From: Octopus vulgaris
Lineage: Eukaryota
Direction of reading: 5' to 3'
DNA length: 64,000 nucleotides
NCBI GenBank assembly: GCA_951406725.2
Contig: OX597834.1
Coordinates: 38,936,001-39,000,000, forward strand
Positions 24,690 to 38,682 of the stretch are shown here, in pieces. A program made the translations under genes and the position numbers. Within the stretch, counting starts at the first letter, position 1. Each line of letters opens with the position of its first letter. The notes beneath the pieces were generated by a model. That model ran no database searches, was not told the origin of the DNA, and saw nothing but the letters and a program-made list of their open reading frames with translations.

Positions 24690-24885
24690 GGTGCTTCATA
24701 CGTGGCACCAGTATGGGTGCCTCATATGTGGCACCGACACGGGTGCCTCATATGTGGAACCAGTATGGGTGCCTCATATGTGGTACCAGTATGGGTGCCT
24801 CATATGTGGCACCAGTATGGGTGCCTCATATGTGGCACCAACATGGGTGCCTCATACGTGGCACCAACATGGGTGCCTCATAAGT
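24690..24885. repeat. 26-bp minisatellite (~7 copies) within an RTE-tail copy
   Basis: gtggcaccagtatgggtgcctcatat repeated head-to-tail, no spacers. Confidence 0.9.
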
Positions 24886-25249
24886 AACACCAGCACCAGT
24901 GCTTTTCATGTGGAACCAGCAAAGTTGTTTTTAACATGGCACCATCACAGGTACATTTTTTTCTTTATTGAAATATTTTGGCAATCCATTGTTGTGATGG
25001 TCATTACTGCCATTATTGCCGTTGTCTTTGTATGACTTTGTGTTGATGTTGTCGTTGTTGTGGTAGTGGTGGTCATGGCTTCTTTATCATCACCATTGTC
25101 TCTCTGTTGTTGTAGTTATTATCACCAGCATCATCATCATCATCATCACAACAAAGACGTTGGACACACCATTTTCCTCAAGATTCCCCCTTGCATTTTA
25201 CTCACTGTAATGATGTAAACCAATGATCATACCCATGTACTTGTCCTCT

Positions 25250-26032
25250 GCTGGTGGTATGTAAAAAGCATCATTTGAGCTTGGTTGTTGCCATTGCCAC
25301 GGAATGTAAAAAGCACCATTCAAGCATGGTCGATGCCAGTACCACCCGACTGGCCCTCGTGCCAGTGGCACATAAAAAGCATCCACTATATTCTCGGAGT
25401 GGTTGGCATTAGGAACGGTATCCAGCTGTAGAAACTTTGCTAGATCAGATTGGAGCCTGGTGCAGCCTTCTGGCTTGCCAGCCCTCAGTCGAACCGTCCA
25501 ACCCATGCTAGCATGGAAAGCAGACGTTAAACGACGACGACGATGATGATGATGATGATGATGATGACAACAGCAACTGTGAATATAGTCCTGGTACTTG
25601 TAAATGGCTTGGGTGATCAACGGTAGTCTTGGTAGGATTTCAGAACAACCCGCTGTGCTTGAGGAGACCTATTGAGTCAAGTACATGAACATCGAAATAA
25701 ATATCAATGGAAATAGTAGTTGTGATACCTGTACCGGTGGCACATAAAAAGCACCATCCGAACATGGCCGATGCCAGCGCCGCCTTGACTGGCTTCTGTG
25801 CCGGTGGCACATAAAAAGCACCAACCAATCGTGGCCGCTGCCAGACTCCCCTGGCACGTAAAAAGCACCCACTACACTCACGGAGTGGTTGGCGTTAGGA
25901 AGGGCATCCAGCTGTAGAAACACTGCCAGATCAGACTGGAGCCTGATGCAGCCTCCTGGCTTCCCAGACCCCGGTCGAACCATCCAACCCATGCCAGGAT
26001 GGAAAGCGGACTTTAAACGATGATGATGATGA
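25250..26032 (+). mobile_element. Two tandem RTE-tail (family C) copies
   Basis: Both end ...ggaaagc.gac.ttaaacga(tga)n at ~25560 and ~26032. Confidence 0.75.
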
Positions 26033-26442
26033 AATGGCTTGGATAATGAGTGGTAGTTATGAGATTGACCTGTGGTTTCGTGTAATGCATATGACCAGTT
26101 ACATGGTAACAAGATGTAAGAATTTTACTGTGCAATGAAGCTGACTGGAGCTGTTACTAAGCAACCTGTTAATTGCTGTTGCTAGGTGACCCAATTAAAG
26201 CTGGTTGGTAGGAATGCTGTTTATAGATCCAGACATGAAGAAAAATATTTAAAACACATTAAATATGAAGGAAAACTGCTTGGGGTATGTATGTGTAAGT
26301 GTGTGTATATATGCTTAATATATATATGTGTGTGTGTATGTATATGTGTGTGTACATATATGTATGTGTATATACGTGTGTGTGTGTGTATATATATATA
26401 TAAATGTGTGTGTGTGTGCATATATGTTTGTGTATATATATA

Positions 26443-26477
<35 letters not shown>

Positions 26478-27234
26478 TTAAACAAGAACATTATTGAAAG
26501 TGACTTCGAAGTTTGGCCAGCTAAGCTATCGTCCAACAATGGCTTAACTGGCCGATACTTCGAAGTCACTTTCTATAATCTTGCTTAATCATCATCATCA
26601 TCATCATTTAGCGTCCGTTTTCCATGCTAGCATGGGTTGGACGGTTCAACAGGCTGGCGAACGGCCACGCTCGGATGGTGTTTTTATGTGCCACCGACAC
26701 AGGTGCCAGACGAGGCTGGCAGACGGCCACGCTCGGATGGTGTTTTTATGTGCCACCGACACAGAATAACAAATTTGTAGTCTACAAAAGTATAGAGTAA
26801 CGAATCAGATTAATATAAAAATTGGTTTTATTATAACTGAACATGCACACACATACAGGTGCAGATGTAGCTGTGGGGTTAAGAAGCTTGCTTCGCAAAC
26901 ACATCGTTTTAGGTTCAGTCCCAGCGTGTGGCACCCAGGGGAAGCGTCTTCTACTGTAGCCCCGATTGAATAAGGACTGTGTGGAAGTCTGCCATATATA
27001 TTGTGTCTGCGTGTGGCTGTTATCCACCCCCAACCAACTGATAACTGGTGTTGGTTTGTTTGCGCCCTCGTAATTTAGAGGCCGATTGAATAAGGACTGG
27101 ACTTATTCTTGCGTGGCTTTGTAGAAAAAGATTTGATTCCCAACTATATGGTTTCTGGGTCGATGGAAGTCTTGTGAGTGAATTTGGTAAACGGAAACTG
27201 AAAGAAGCTTGTCATGTATGTGCGTATATATATT

Positions 27235-27571
27235 TTTTATTTATTTCAGTCATTTGACTTTGGTCATGCTGGAGCACTGCCTTTATTCGAACAAATTGAC
27301 CCCAGGACTTATTCTTTGGAAGCCTAGTACTTATTCTATCGGTGTCTTTTACTGAACCGCTAAGTTACGGGGACGTAAACACACCAACGGGGACAGACAC
27401 ATATACGACGAGTTTCTTTCAGTTTCCGGCTATCAAATCAACTCACAAGGCTTTGGTCGGCCCGAGGCTATAGTAGAAGACACTTGCCCAAGGTGCCACA
27501 CAGTGGGACTGAACCCGGAACCATGTGGTTGGTAAACAAGCTACTTACCACAGAGACATGCTTGCGCCTAT
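27235..27571 (-). mobile_element. SINE family A copy
   Basis: Matches 4891-5268. Confidence 0.8.
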
Positions 27572-28004
27572 ATTAATAATATAAGAGATCAAATCCTTGT
27601 AAGTGGATTTGATAGATGGAAACTGAAAGAAGCCCGTCATACCGGCTTGGCAAAAGTGGCCGATAGAATATGTTCCAGACTTCAAAAAATCATTCGACTA
27701 AAAATTTTCCTACACAGCCACGCAAGAATAAGTCATGTCCTTATTCTACCGGTCTCTTAAATTACAAGGACGCAAACAAACCAACATCAGTTGTCAATTG
27801 GTTGGGGTGGATAACAGCCACACGCAGACACAATATATATGACAGGCTTCAAAAATTCATTCGACTAAAATTTTTAGTCATTCGACTAAAAATTCTTCAC
27901 GGCCGTGCCCCAGTATGGCCGCAGCCTAATAACTGAAACAAATAAAAGATAAAAAGAAAAAAATATAATGGTATCTTCTGCTGCACACAACAGAGAAACA
28001 TTAT

Positions 28005-28362
28005 TCTTTTCTACTCTAGGCACAATGCCCATAATTTTAGGGAGGGGCCAGTCGATCACATCGACTCCAGTATGCAACTGGTACTTAATTTTTCGACCAC
28101 CCGAAAGGATGAAAGGCAAAGTCGACCTCGGTGGAATTTGAACTCAGAACGTAAAGACTTATGAAATACCTATTTCTTTACTACCCACAAGGGGCTAAAC
28201 ACAGAGGGGACGAACAAGGATAGACAAACGGATTAAGTCGATTATATCGACCTCAGTGCGTAACTGGTACTTATTTAATCGACCCCGAAAGGATGAAAGA
28301 CAAAGTCGACCTCGGCAGAATTTGAATTCAGACCATAAACGTTCCTGCCAGCTCGCCGCCTT
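28005..28362 (-). mobile_element. SINE family B, dimeric form
   Basis: Two bodies (aaaggatgaaag.caaagtcgacctcgg) separated by the conserved linker. Confidence 0.75.
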
Positions 28363-28369
28363 AAAAATC

Positions 28370-28690
28370 CAGCCTGTGGTCCCAGCCTTGGATGAACCTT
28401 GAAACTAGTGTTCAGGTCGTTTGGGCAATGCTGGCGATGTATTCTTCACATCGTACAAATGATGTACTTCTCGCGGCGGTGCTGGACAGAGTAGAGTTTC
28501 AAGGCTTTAAGGCGGTCCCAGTAATCGAGATCAGTCATGCCTTCAATTCGTTTAGTGAATGCCCTCTGGGGTGATTCAATCCTCGAGATGTTTTGTTTTG
28601 TATGGGGAGACCACAAGGGGCAGCAGTATTCGAGGTGTGGCCGTACAAAGGAGGAGAAAAATGGAATGATGACACCTTGTTCTCTGGACC
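28370..28690 (-). mobile_element. CR1-clade LINE ORF2 C-terminal fragment
   Basis: Minus strand reads FVRPHLEYCCPLWSPHTKQNISRIESPQRAFTKRIEGMTDLDYWDRLKALKLYSVQHRREKY, with an in-frame stop downstream. Confidence 0.85.
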
Positions 28691-28709
28691 GGATATATAT
28701 ATATATATA

Positions 28710-28870
28710 TTTATCTTATAGAGGGCATTATTACACATAAATGCCTCACGCTAGGAGGGACTTTCAAAGTCAAAACTACTAAAATAAATGTTTAGTTTAG
28801 TAGCTTTGACTTTAAGAGTCCCTCCAGGCGTGTGGCATTTATGTGTAAGAATGCCCTCTATAAAATAAAA
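28710..28870. repeat. Palindrome, ~75-bp arms, abutting (TA)n
   Basis: ttatagagggcatt..tacacataaatgcc...aaagtcaaa.ctactaaa and its reverse complement. Confidence 0.8.
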
Positions 28871-29517
28871 ATGAATACATGTAAAGAAAAAAATTGATGG
28901 AATTTTTTTTATCTTTTGAGGTTTTTCACGCTAACTACTTGATAAATTCTTATAAAGATTTTATCCTATTTTTAATATATGTACACGACGAGTTTCTTTC
29001 AGTTTCCGTCTATCAAATCCATTCAAGGTTTTGGTCGGCCCGAGGCTATAGGAGAGAAATAAGATGGCATAGAGTTGGTCTGATCCCGGAACCATGTAGT
29101 TGGGAAGCAAGCCTCTTAGCGCACAGCAATTCTCGAACAAACAGCGAATTTCCCAAAGTATTGTGAAATTTATGTAGTCGCATTCAGCTATTTTTTATTA
29201 AACACAGATAAATTTAGGTACACCACTTGTATGTATGTGTGTGTGCGTTCACGATGCACGTTTTTATCGAGTGAGACGAATTACTAATGCACGAGACAAA
29301 CAAGCAGAGTTATGTACCTTGTATATATTCAAATAGGCATAACCCACTGCCGCAGATGGCAAAGACAAGCAGAGTTATGTACCTTATACTGTTAAATTTC
29401 TCTAACATCACAACTTTAAAGCAGAGACAGCGGAGAAGCTCCAGCATAACATTATAGATGTATGAGTGTAGAGATTCCAATGTACATGAGAGCCACTGCC
29501 TGGTACTGCATCAGGGC

Positions 29518-29556
29518 TTCGGCGGCGGCGGCGGCTTCTTCTTCTTCTTCTTCTTC

Positions 29557-29627
<71 letters not shown>

Positions 29628-29937
29628 CTTCTTCTTCTTCTTCTTCTTCTTCTTCTTCTTCTTCTTCTTCTTCTTCTTCTTCTTCTTCTTCTTCTTTTTC
29701 TTGTTGTTGTTGTTCTTCTTATTATTATTATTGTTATTATTATTGTTATTATTATTATTATTGTTATTATTATCATTATTATTATTATTATTTTTATTAT
29801 TATTATTATCGTTATTGTTATTATTATTATTATTATTATCATTATTGTTATTATTATTATTATTATTATTATTGTTATTATTATTATTATCATTATTGTT
29901 ATTATTATTATCATTATTATTATTATTATTATTATTA
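29518..29937. repeat. Compound trinucleotide microsatellite (GGC)n(TTC)n(TTG)n(TTC)n(TTA)n
   Basis: Directly visible. Confidence 0.95.
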
Positions 29938-30914
29938 AGGTGACGAGTTGGCAGAATCGTTAGCACGCTGGACGAAATGCTTCGAGGCATTTCGTCCGCC
30001 TTCACGCTCTGAATTCGAATTCCGCCGAAGTTGACTCTGCTTTTCATCCTTTCGGGGTCACTAAAATAAGTACCAGTTACGCAATGGGGTCAACGTAATC
30101 GCCCCCCCCCTCCTCAGCCCCTAGTCTTCAAGCCTTGTGCTTTTTATATAAAAAAATATCATTATCATTATTATTATTTCGCTTTGGTATAGCAATACCA
30201 AGAACCTACTGTCAAAACACAATATTCCTATGCTTCAGAATGAGGTGTCGATCGAGTACAGAGCAGCAATTAGAATTTAAAATGACAACGGTTTAAAAGA
30301 TTATGTCATGAACTTAGTTTACTTACAGCCGTTTCTGCTATATGATGCAATGCACTCCTAGTTGCGTGCTTGTGAAACACTCCATAGCTTCGTCAGAGCT
30401 TGATGCCCAAACATTCAACTATGATTGTACTACATCGTATAGTAGAAGCAGCTGTAAGCTAAAGATGTTCATGACATAATTTCCTTACCCTTAAGGGTGG
30501 ATTCTACTGGAGGCTTGTAGCCCCAGGGGGACACCTCATCCTGTAGGCTATTGACACACTTTCTGTGTCCTATCAGTATTTGGAAAGGGAAGCCATCCTT
30601 CCCATCTTCAACCTGTTTCACACACACACACACACATATCGTTTTTGGACTTGGTTTGCAAGATTCTTTATGTGAGTTCGTGTGTTGAAGCATTTTCTGT
30701 TGTTTCTGGGGAGAGTCATTTTCTTTTCGTGCCTTATAATTTTAGGAAAATAAAAATAAGGAAGAAATGGGAATTTTACCGGTGCGTGTTAAATTATAAG
30801 GCACATAAAGAAAATGACTTTCCCCAGACACAACAGAATATACATGGTTCCATGTTCAGTGTGACTAAACATGGAACCATGTGGTTGGTAAGCAAGCTAC
30901 TTATAGAAAATAAA

Positions 30915-31166
30915 CGTTTTCTCTTCGAGCCACGTCAGGCATATAAGGACCAGTTTCCCGGTTTCGGTGGCGTGTATATTCCCCATTGGGACAGGACGCC
31001 GATCGGTCGGAGACTCACTCAGTCTTGCCAGCTGAGTGGACTGGAGCAACGTGAAATAAAGTGTCTTGCTCAAGAACACAGCGCATTGCCTAGTCCGGGA
31101 ATCGAAACTACAATCTTACGATCCTGAGTCCAACACGTTAACCACTAAGCCACGCGCCTCCACTGT
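30915..31166 (-). mobile_element. tRNA-derived CORE-like SINE (family E head) with a different 3' tail
   Basis: Minus strand gtggaggcgcgtggcttagtggtt...gtttcgattccc...gtgttcttgagcaagacactttatttcacgttgctccag. Confidence 0.75.
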
Positions 31167-31438
31167 ACGTGTGTGTGTGTGTGTGTGTGTATAAGTATAT
31201 GTATGAGCATATGTATATATATGTATGTACAAATATATTTAACTGTGCGTGTATATATACATATATATGTATGTGTATACATATATATGTATGTGTATAC
31301 ATATATATGTATGTGTATACACACATACATACACACATATATCTATGTTTATGTATGTGTATACACACACACATATATATATATATATATATGTTTATAA
31401 TATATAATGTTTATATATATAGATAAATAGATACACAC

Positions 31439-31489
<51 letters not shown>

Positions 31490-31655
31490 GTCTCTTTTAA
31501 AATGTATATACTGCATAATATATATTAAACATGTCTACAGTGTATACGATATCATTGAGACTATACATACATACATACATACATACATACATACATACAT
31601 ACACGCACACACGCAGAAGGATAGATAGCTAGATATATAACCAGGGAGACATACG

Positions 31656-31693
<38 letters not shown>

Positions 31694-31889
31694 CAATCTC
31701 CACCACCAGTTTTTACGGCCATAAACATATTTTTTGGTGAATTCTCACATGTCAGCCCAACCCACTTCAAAAATATGAGAAAAAATTAATTAAAAACCCA
31801 TCAAATTTTGGTATAAAAATTATAATCATTATACATCAAAGCTATGTTTCGAATCAATATTTTCCGCCTCACTGTTAATACTCAGATTT

Positions 31890-31939
<50 letters not shown>

Positions 31940-32180
31940 CCATGCATATATGGGTACTGGACGTCACCAAACAGTAAACAACATGAGATACGAAAGCGAA
32001 TGAATTCAATGCGCAAACAACGAAAGAAACAAATGGAAAACAGGACAAGTAACATAAAGAACGACCCTTCGTCAGTTGTCGGCTGTCTTTCTACTCCTCA
32101 TTTCCAGCATTGTACGATAATGAGAGACACTGCCTGATACTGCATCAAGGCAATAATAATAATAATAATAATAATAATTA

Positions 32181-32235
<55 letters not shown>

Positions 32236-32405
32236 CTTTTTTCTTCTTCTTTCAAATTTGCTTCCATTTCTTGCCGAGTGTCTTCCCGACTCCCAGGGCA
32301 AAGAAACTCATAGTATACATTGGTAGGCCATTAAACTAAACTCACTAGTTCGTTCATTTTTTTTTATAGTTTATTTTAAAGTTAAATTAAAATACATGGG
32401 TAGTA

Positions 32406-32461
<56 letters not shown>

Positions 32462-32468
32462 CATTTTT

Positions 32469-32518
<50 letters not shown>

Positions 32519-32539
32519 TATCATCATCATTATTATTAT

Positions 32540-33305
32540 GACTATTATACGAAAACTCACGGCTTAATTTTGCCGGTCGAGGTGGAAAGTGTCAGCTGTC
32601 CAGAGCCAGCCGGCGAAAGCGACACCTGTTTACAGGTCATGCTTCAAGAACTCTGCGAAGAATTCTTGATGATTGTTTATTGGTCATACTTCAAGGACTC
32701 TGCGAAGAATTCTTGCAGTTTTCAACAATGCAGTTCCAAGCTGATTTTTGTAGGTGTTCTACCTTCACACTTGCACCAATCTTTTTCAGCCATGTTGGTA
32801 GCTGAGTGCTGATACTTCCAAGTGCACCAATTACTATTGGTATCACGTCTACTCTCTTCATTGACCACAACCTTCGTATTTCCCACTTCAAATCGTCATA
32901 GTTGTTTATTTTTTCTTCTTCTTTCACATTGATCCTGTTGTCACCAGGGCATGCTATATCGATTATCATACGTGTTCTTTCCTTTTTATTCACCCCCAAC
33001 AATGTCCGGTTTCCTATGTCTGGTCAGGTGATCACACTGGATCATTACATCCCACAGGATTTTGCAGTTCTCATTTCCAGTGACCCCTTCTGGGGTTTTC
33101 TCATACCACGTCTTTGCCCTTTGTTGGCCATGATTTCCACAGAGCTCCCAATGGATCATTCTTAACCACGTTGTCATGGCATCGTATGACTCGCGTTGTA
33201 CCAATTTCGTTTCACCCCTCTCACCACACAATCTGCATTTGTCGCTATCGGTAGTATTGTCAATTCTGCACTTCATATAATTGGTCCTTAACGCCTGTTC
33301 CAGGA
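32540..33305 (-). mobile_element. R4/Dong-like LINE 3' portion (Zn-knuckle remnant + REL endonuclease), degenerate
   Basis: QALRTNYMKCRIDNTTDSDKCRLCGERGET; IHWELC; KILWDVMIQCDHLTRHRKPDIV; IIDIACPGD..KEEEKINNYDDLKWEIRRLW..VIPIVIGALG; 3' end runs into (TAA)/(TGA)n. Confidence 0.88.
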
Positions 33306-33367
33306 CACGGTGTGAGTTGTGTTATTTTAGATTATCAGATGTTTGTTGTGTCAGGTTCGCGTTGTGT

Positions 33368-33757
33368 ACTCTTTTACTTGTTTCAGTCATTTGACTGCAG
33401 CCATGCTGAAGCACTGGCTTTTTTAGTCGAGCAAATCGACCCCAGGACTTATTCTTTGTAAGCCTAGTACTTATTCTATCGGGCTGTTTTGCCGAACCGC
33501 TAAGTTACGGGGATGTAAACACACCAGCATCGGTTCTTAAGTGATGTTGGGGGGGGGGACAAACACAGACACACACATATATACATATACATATATACGA
33601 CGGGCTTCTTTCAATTTCCGTCTACCAAATCCACTCACAAGGCTTTGATCGGCCCGAGGCTATAGTAGAAGACACTTTGCCCAAGGTGCCACGCAGTGGG
33701 ACTGAACCCGGAACAATGTGGTTGATAAGCAAGCTACTTACCACACAGCCACTCCTG
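33368..33757 (-). mobile_element. SINE family A copy
   Basis: Matches 4891-5268. Confidence 0.85.
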
Positions 33758-33939
33758 AAGATTGTTCTATTTGAACTTTTCCGTTGAATCGTAAGTTACT
33801 CTATTAAATTGGAAATGTCATGTGCAAGATATGGGCTGTTCCTAGCAGAACTATTTTGTGTGTGTGAGTGTGCGGATGGGGTGGGAGGGCAGTGTGTAGT
33901 GCTTTGGTCAGCTGGTTAAAACAACAGAGTAATTCGATT

Positions 33940-34215
33940 TGATGCAGTGATGTCACCTGCTAATTAAAACCACAATAATTAGGTGAGATGCTTTGAAATT
34001 ATTTGCTGAATTAAGATCACAAAAATTAGGTAAGATGCCGTGATATAACTTGTTAATTAAGATTACAATAATTAGGTAGAATAGTATGTTATATGCTAAT
34101 CACGATCACAAAGTACTAAAGAAGATAGAGTGATGTCACTTGCTAATTAAGATCCCAGTAATTAGATAAGACACTGTGATGTCACTTGTTAATTAAGATG
34201 GTAACATTTAGATAA
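33940..34215. repeat. Degenerate ~45-bp minisatellite
   Basis: tgatgtcacttgctaattaagatcacaataattaggtaagat-like unit, about 6 copies. Confidence 0.75.
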
Positions 34216-34903
34216 GATAAGGCGGTAAGCTGGCAGAATCGTTACCGCATCGGGAAAAATATTTAGCGGTATTTCTTTCGACTTTACGTTCTGAGTTCAA
34301 ATGGTGCTGGGGTCGATTTTGTCTTTTATTCTTTCGAGGTCGATAAAAATTGTACTAGTTGAACACTGGGGTCAATGTAATCGACTTGTGTTTCTCACCC
34401 AGAATTGTTGGCCTTGTGCCAAGATTTGAAACCAATATTTACATAAGCTACAGAGATGTTCTTTACTGATTAAAACCACAGAAACTAAATAAGATGAAGT
34501 GACGTCATAGAACTCTTAAACATTTTCAGAAATAGGTGGATTACGTGGATCTTTTAAAAGCTGAGTCAGTCCTCATTGGTTGAACAAAGAATAAAACGAG
34601 TGAATGAGAGGGATTCTACCATACTATCACCACCAGGTAGTTTGTAAACTGCTCTTTAAAATTATTACCCAACAAGACGCTGGAGCATAAAAAAAAAAAC
34701 GAAGGAAATCCTGTGAGGTATCAGGCTTCAAAATGTCCCCCACACCTAAGGGACATTTGACCGACTTCCGGTTAATAAAATGACATCATAGTTCTGTAAT
34801 ATTGGATCGGATTGGAACAAACAGTTACGGAGACGCTGACACGAGAGATCTATGAAAAGGACAACAAAACACACACACACTCACACACACTCACACACAC
34901 ACA

Positions 34904-34978
<75 letters not shown>

Positions 34979-35126
34979 GCATGGTTGTGCGGTTAAGAAA
35001 CTCGCTTAGTGACCAGGCGGCTTTTGGGTTCAGTTCCAATGCGCATCACATTGAAAAAGTGTCTTTTACTACAGCCCCGGGCCGATCAGCGCATTGTGAT
35101 GATTTTGGTTGGCAGAAACTGTGTGG

Positions 35127-35362
35127 AAGGCGGCGAGCTGGCAGAAACGTTAGCACGCCGGGCGAAATATTTAGCGGTTTTTCGTCTGTCTTTACGTTCT
35201 GAGTTCAAATTCCGCCGAGGTCGATTTCGCCTTTCATCCTTTCGGGGTCAATAAATTAAGTTCCAGTTACACACTAGGGTCGACGTAATCGACTTAATCC
35301 GTTTGTCTGTCCTTGTTTGTCCCCTCTATGTTTAGCCCCTTATGGGCAATAAAGAAATAAGA
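35127..35362 (+). mobile_element. SINE family B copy
   Basis: aaggcggcgagctggcagaaacgttagcacgccgg...gagttcaaattccgccgaggtcga...gcctttcatcctttcggggtc. Confidence 0.8.
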
Positions 35363-35460
35363 AACTGTGTGAAAGTGTGTCGTACATACTCACACGCACA
35401 CACATACATACATACATGCATGCATACATACATACATACATACATACATACATACATACA

Positions 35461-35494
<34 letters not shown>

Positions 35495-35499
35495 CATTA

Positions 35500-35814
35500 T
35501 TAAAGACCCCCTTCGGTCATGAATGACAATGGGATTGAACCAAGAAAGTTCCCCTCCGAGGCACAAGTCCAGGCAAGGTTGTTTTATGGAAGACCAACAT
35601 CCATGCATATCCAGCCTCCCATCTCCACGCCACTGATGGTATCCAAGGGGAAGGCCAATACAGCTTGGCACCATTGATGTCACAGCTGAGTGAACTGGAG
35701 CAACGTGAAAATAAAGTGTCTTGCTCAAGAACACAACCCACAACCCGGTCTGGGAATCGAACTCACTACATCATGGTTGTGAGCCCGACGCTCTAACCAC
35801 TGATCCATGCGCCT
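35500..35814 (-). mobile_element. SINE family E copy
   Basis: Reverse complement of 15370-15712. Confidence 0.8.
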
Positions 35815-36209
35815 ATATACATGTACATACACACATACATACATACATACATACATACATACATACATAAATGCATCCCTCTATATATGCACACACGCAC
35901 ACTCACATATTTATGTATACATACATACAACGCATTTGTGTGCACGTGCACTATGTATTTATGTATATATGTGCATGCGCGCGCGCGTTTGTTCCCTATT
36001 ACTGCAGTTCGGCAAAAGAGACGGATAAGTACTAAGCTTTAAAATAGGCACGGGGATCATCGATGTGTTCGACGAAACCCCTTCAAAGCAGTGCGCCAGC
36101 ATGGCCACAGTCCAAGCAACAAGCGAAACTAGCAAATGATACAAGATACTGCACAATAAGTCTGGCACTTAACGACGATACAAACCCGGGATAAGATTAT
36201 TACAGGGGA

Positions 36210-36700
36210 AAGGCGGCGAGCTGGCAGAATCGTTAGCGCGCTGGACGAAATGCTTAGCGGTATTTCGCCCGTCGCTACGTTCTGAGTTCAAATTCCGCCG
36301 AGGTCGACTTTGCCTTTCATCCTTTCGGGGTTGACAAATTAAGTACCAGTTACGCACTGGGGTCGATATAATCGATTTAATCCGTTTGTCTGTCCTTGTT
36401 TGTCCTCTCTGTGTTTAGTCCCTTGTGGGTAGTAAAGAAATAGGTATTTCACCTGTCGCTACGTTCTGAGTTCAAATTCCGACGAGGTCGAGTATGCCTT
36501 TCATCCTTTCGGGATGACAGACAAACGGATCAAGTCGATTACATCGACCCCAGTGCGTAACTGGTACTTTTTTTAATCGCCCCCGAAACGATGAAAAGCA
36601 AAGTCGACCTCGGCGGAATTTGAACTCAGAACGTAACGGCAGACGAAATACCGCTAAGCATTTCGCCCGGCGTGCTAACGTTTCTGTCAGTTCGTCATTA
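36210..36700. mobile_element. SINE family B dimer (+) fused tail-to-tail with an inverted family B copy (-)
   Basis: 36210-36513 forward, 36514-36700 reverse. Confidence 0.8.
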
Positions 36701-36978
36701 TGAGAGTTTCCCTCATGGGAACAACTGCAGTCAAGTTTGTCCTCACAGAACGTCCACGTTTAATTGGGAATAAATATGAGAAGGAATATCTAGACATGTC
36801 TTAATAGGACAAATGCCATCTGTGTGGTGTATTTGAAATTCTGTATAAGTAACAGGATATACTACTTTAGCTTTGACAAAATTTGTTCGGAGACAAAATA
36901 ATGTCGTAAAGTTGCTCTATGGAATCATAGCAACAAAATAATTCAACTGTTTCGAGAAAAAAAGATATCTATCTGGTA

Positions 36979-37377
36979 ACTCTTTTACTCTTTTACTTGT
37001 TTCAGTCATTTGACTGCAGCCTTGCTGGAGCACCGCCTTTAATCGAGCAACTCGACCCCGGGACTTATTCTTTGTAAGCCCAGTACTTATTCTATCGGTC
37101 TCTTTTGCCGAACCGCTAAGTAACGGGGACATAAACAAACCAGCATCGGTTGTCAAGCAATGCTAGGGGGACAAACACAGATACACAAACACACACACGC
37201 ATATATATATATATATATATACATATATACGACGGGCTTCTTTCAGTTTCCGTCTACCAAATCCACTCACAAGGCTTTGGTCGGCCCGAGGCTATAGTAG
37301 AAGACACTTGCCCAAGGGACTGAACCCAGAACCATGTGGTTCGTAAGCAAGCTACTTACCACACAGCCACTCCTGCG
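36979..37377 (-). mobile_element. SINE family A copy
   Basis: Matches 4891-5268. Confidence 0.85.
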
Positions 37378-38088
37378 AATTCTGAAAATAACTGGAAAAA
37401 TATGCGACTCTAGTGTAGAGACAAACTACCAGAAAGCACGCAATAAACATGGAAATTTTGCTTGGCAAAAATGCTAATATTGAATTAATTACCGTCACGT
37501 AATATTACCAAATGACCTTAATATTGAACAGATGTGAACTGGAGAGAAAAGAAATAACAACGACATGGCTGAGGAATTACTGTGTTCAGGTTTTGGCACA
37601 AGGCCACCAACCCCGGGAAGGGAATAAGTCGATTACATCGGCCCCAGTATTCAACTGGTACTTTTTTTATCGACCACGAAATGATGAAAGGTAAAGTCGA
37701 CCACGGCGGAATTTGAACTCAGAACACAAAGGTAGATGAAATGATGCTAAGCATTTTGACCGGTGCCGTAACGATTCTGCCAGTTTGCCAGTTTGGCAGA
37801 TGAATGATTAAGATCCCTGGTCACTCAATCCATTGACTGGAATATTTTTGATCCTATTCTCTATGATCAGAGCTGATCTATGGTTAAACAATAATTATAG
37901 TGGTCACCCTACCATCAATGGTCAAACAACGACTGTAGTGGTCACTCTGTCATCAGTGATAAATTCTAATTAGTTCCATGCATCTTTGTAGTCTCTCGTT
38001 AGCTTGTTGTCGTTGTTGTATAACCCCAGGTCGTCTTTGATCGGACAAAACCGTGATCATTCCGTCTTTTTCAAGTATAGCCTATCTA

Positions 38089-38432
38089 TTAGGTTGTCCG
38101 GAAAGTTCATGCCGATTTATAGTAGCTTACCTTTCGACTTATTTTAGAACATAGTTGAGTCCATAAAATAGGATTTGACTACGCCGTGGAAGAAGATTTA
38201 GGTTCCTATAACCTGTGTTAATTCTGTAACCCTTTAAAATGGAAGATAAGAAAGTTTATTTTCGGGACTTGATGCTTTGGGAACCAGACAAAAATTGCTG
38301 CAGCTCGGCTGGGATGTGTTACCCCACACTCCATATTCACTAGATATTGCTCCTTCGGATTTCCACTTATTCAGGTCTCTGCAGAATAGTCTTAATGGTA
38401 AAAATTTCAATTCCTTGGATGACGTAAAAAGA
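38089..38432 (+). mobile_element. mariner transposon, internally deleted and 3'-truncated
   Basis: TA + TIR ttaggttgtccggaaagttcatgccgattt; N-terminus MEDKKVYFRDLMLW joined to TRQKLLQLGWDVLPHTPYSLDIAPSDFHLFRSLQNSL (YSPDLAPSD motif). Confidence 0.88.
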
Positions 38433-38682
38433 TATGTATATATATATAAAACAGAGCTAATAGTGAAGGATTATCAATCTGGGCAAAATACTTCATAAGC
38501 TCTCTGTTGGTGCACCAAGCTAACAGTATTACTGAGATTAGTGAAGAACTCCAGGTAATCTTGTGGTAGAGTAAAAGGTTATGATCCATTGCAATTCTAA
38601 CTTGTTTCTTGTCCGAAGTCTGGACGCCATGATAGATCGTTAGCTCGTGCACGCATTTTTTTCTCTCCTTGTTTTTTTCTGT

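Noticed and set aside
24690-24885. CRISPR-like periodic array (also 20735-21385)
   Set aside because: Head-to-tail units without unique spacers, eukaryotic context, no cas genes
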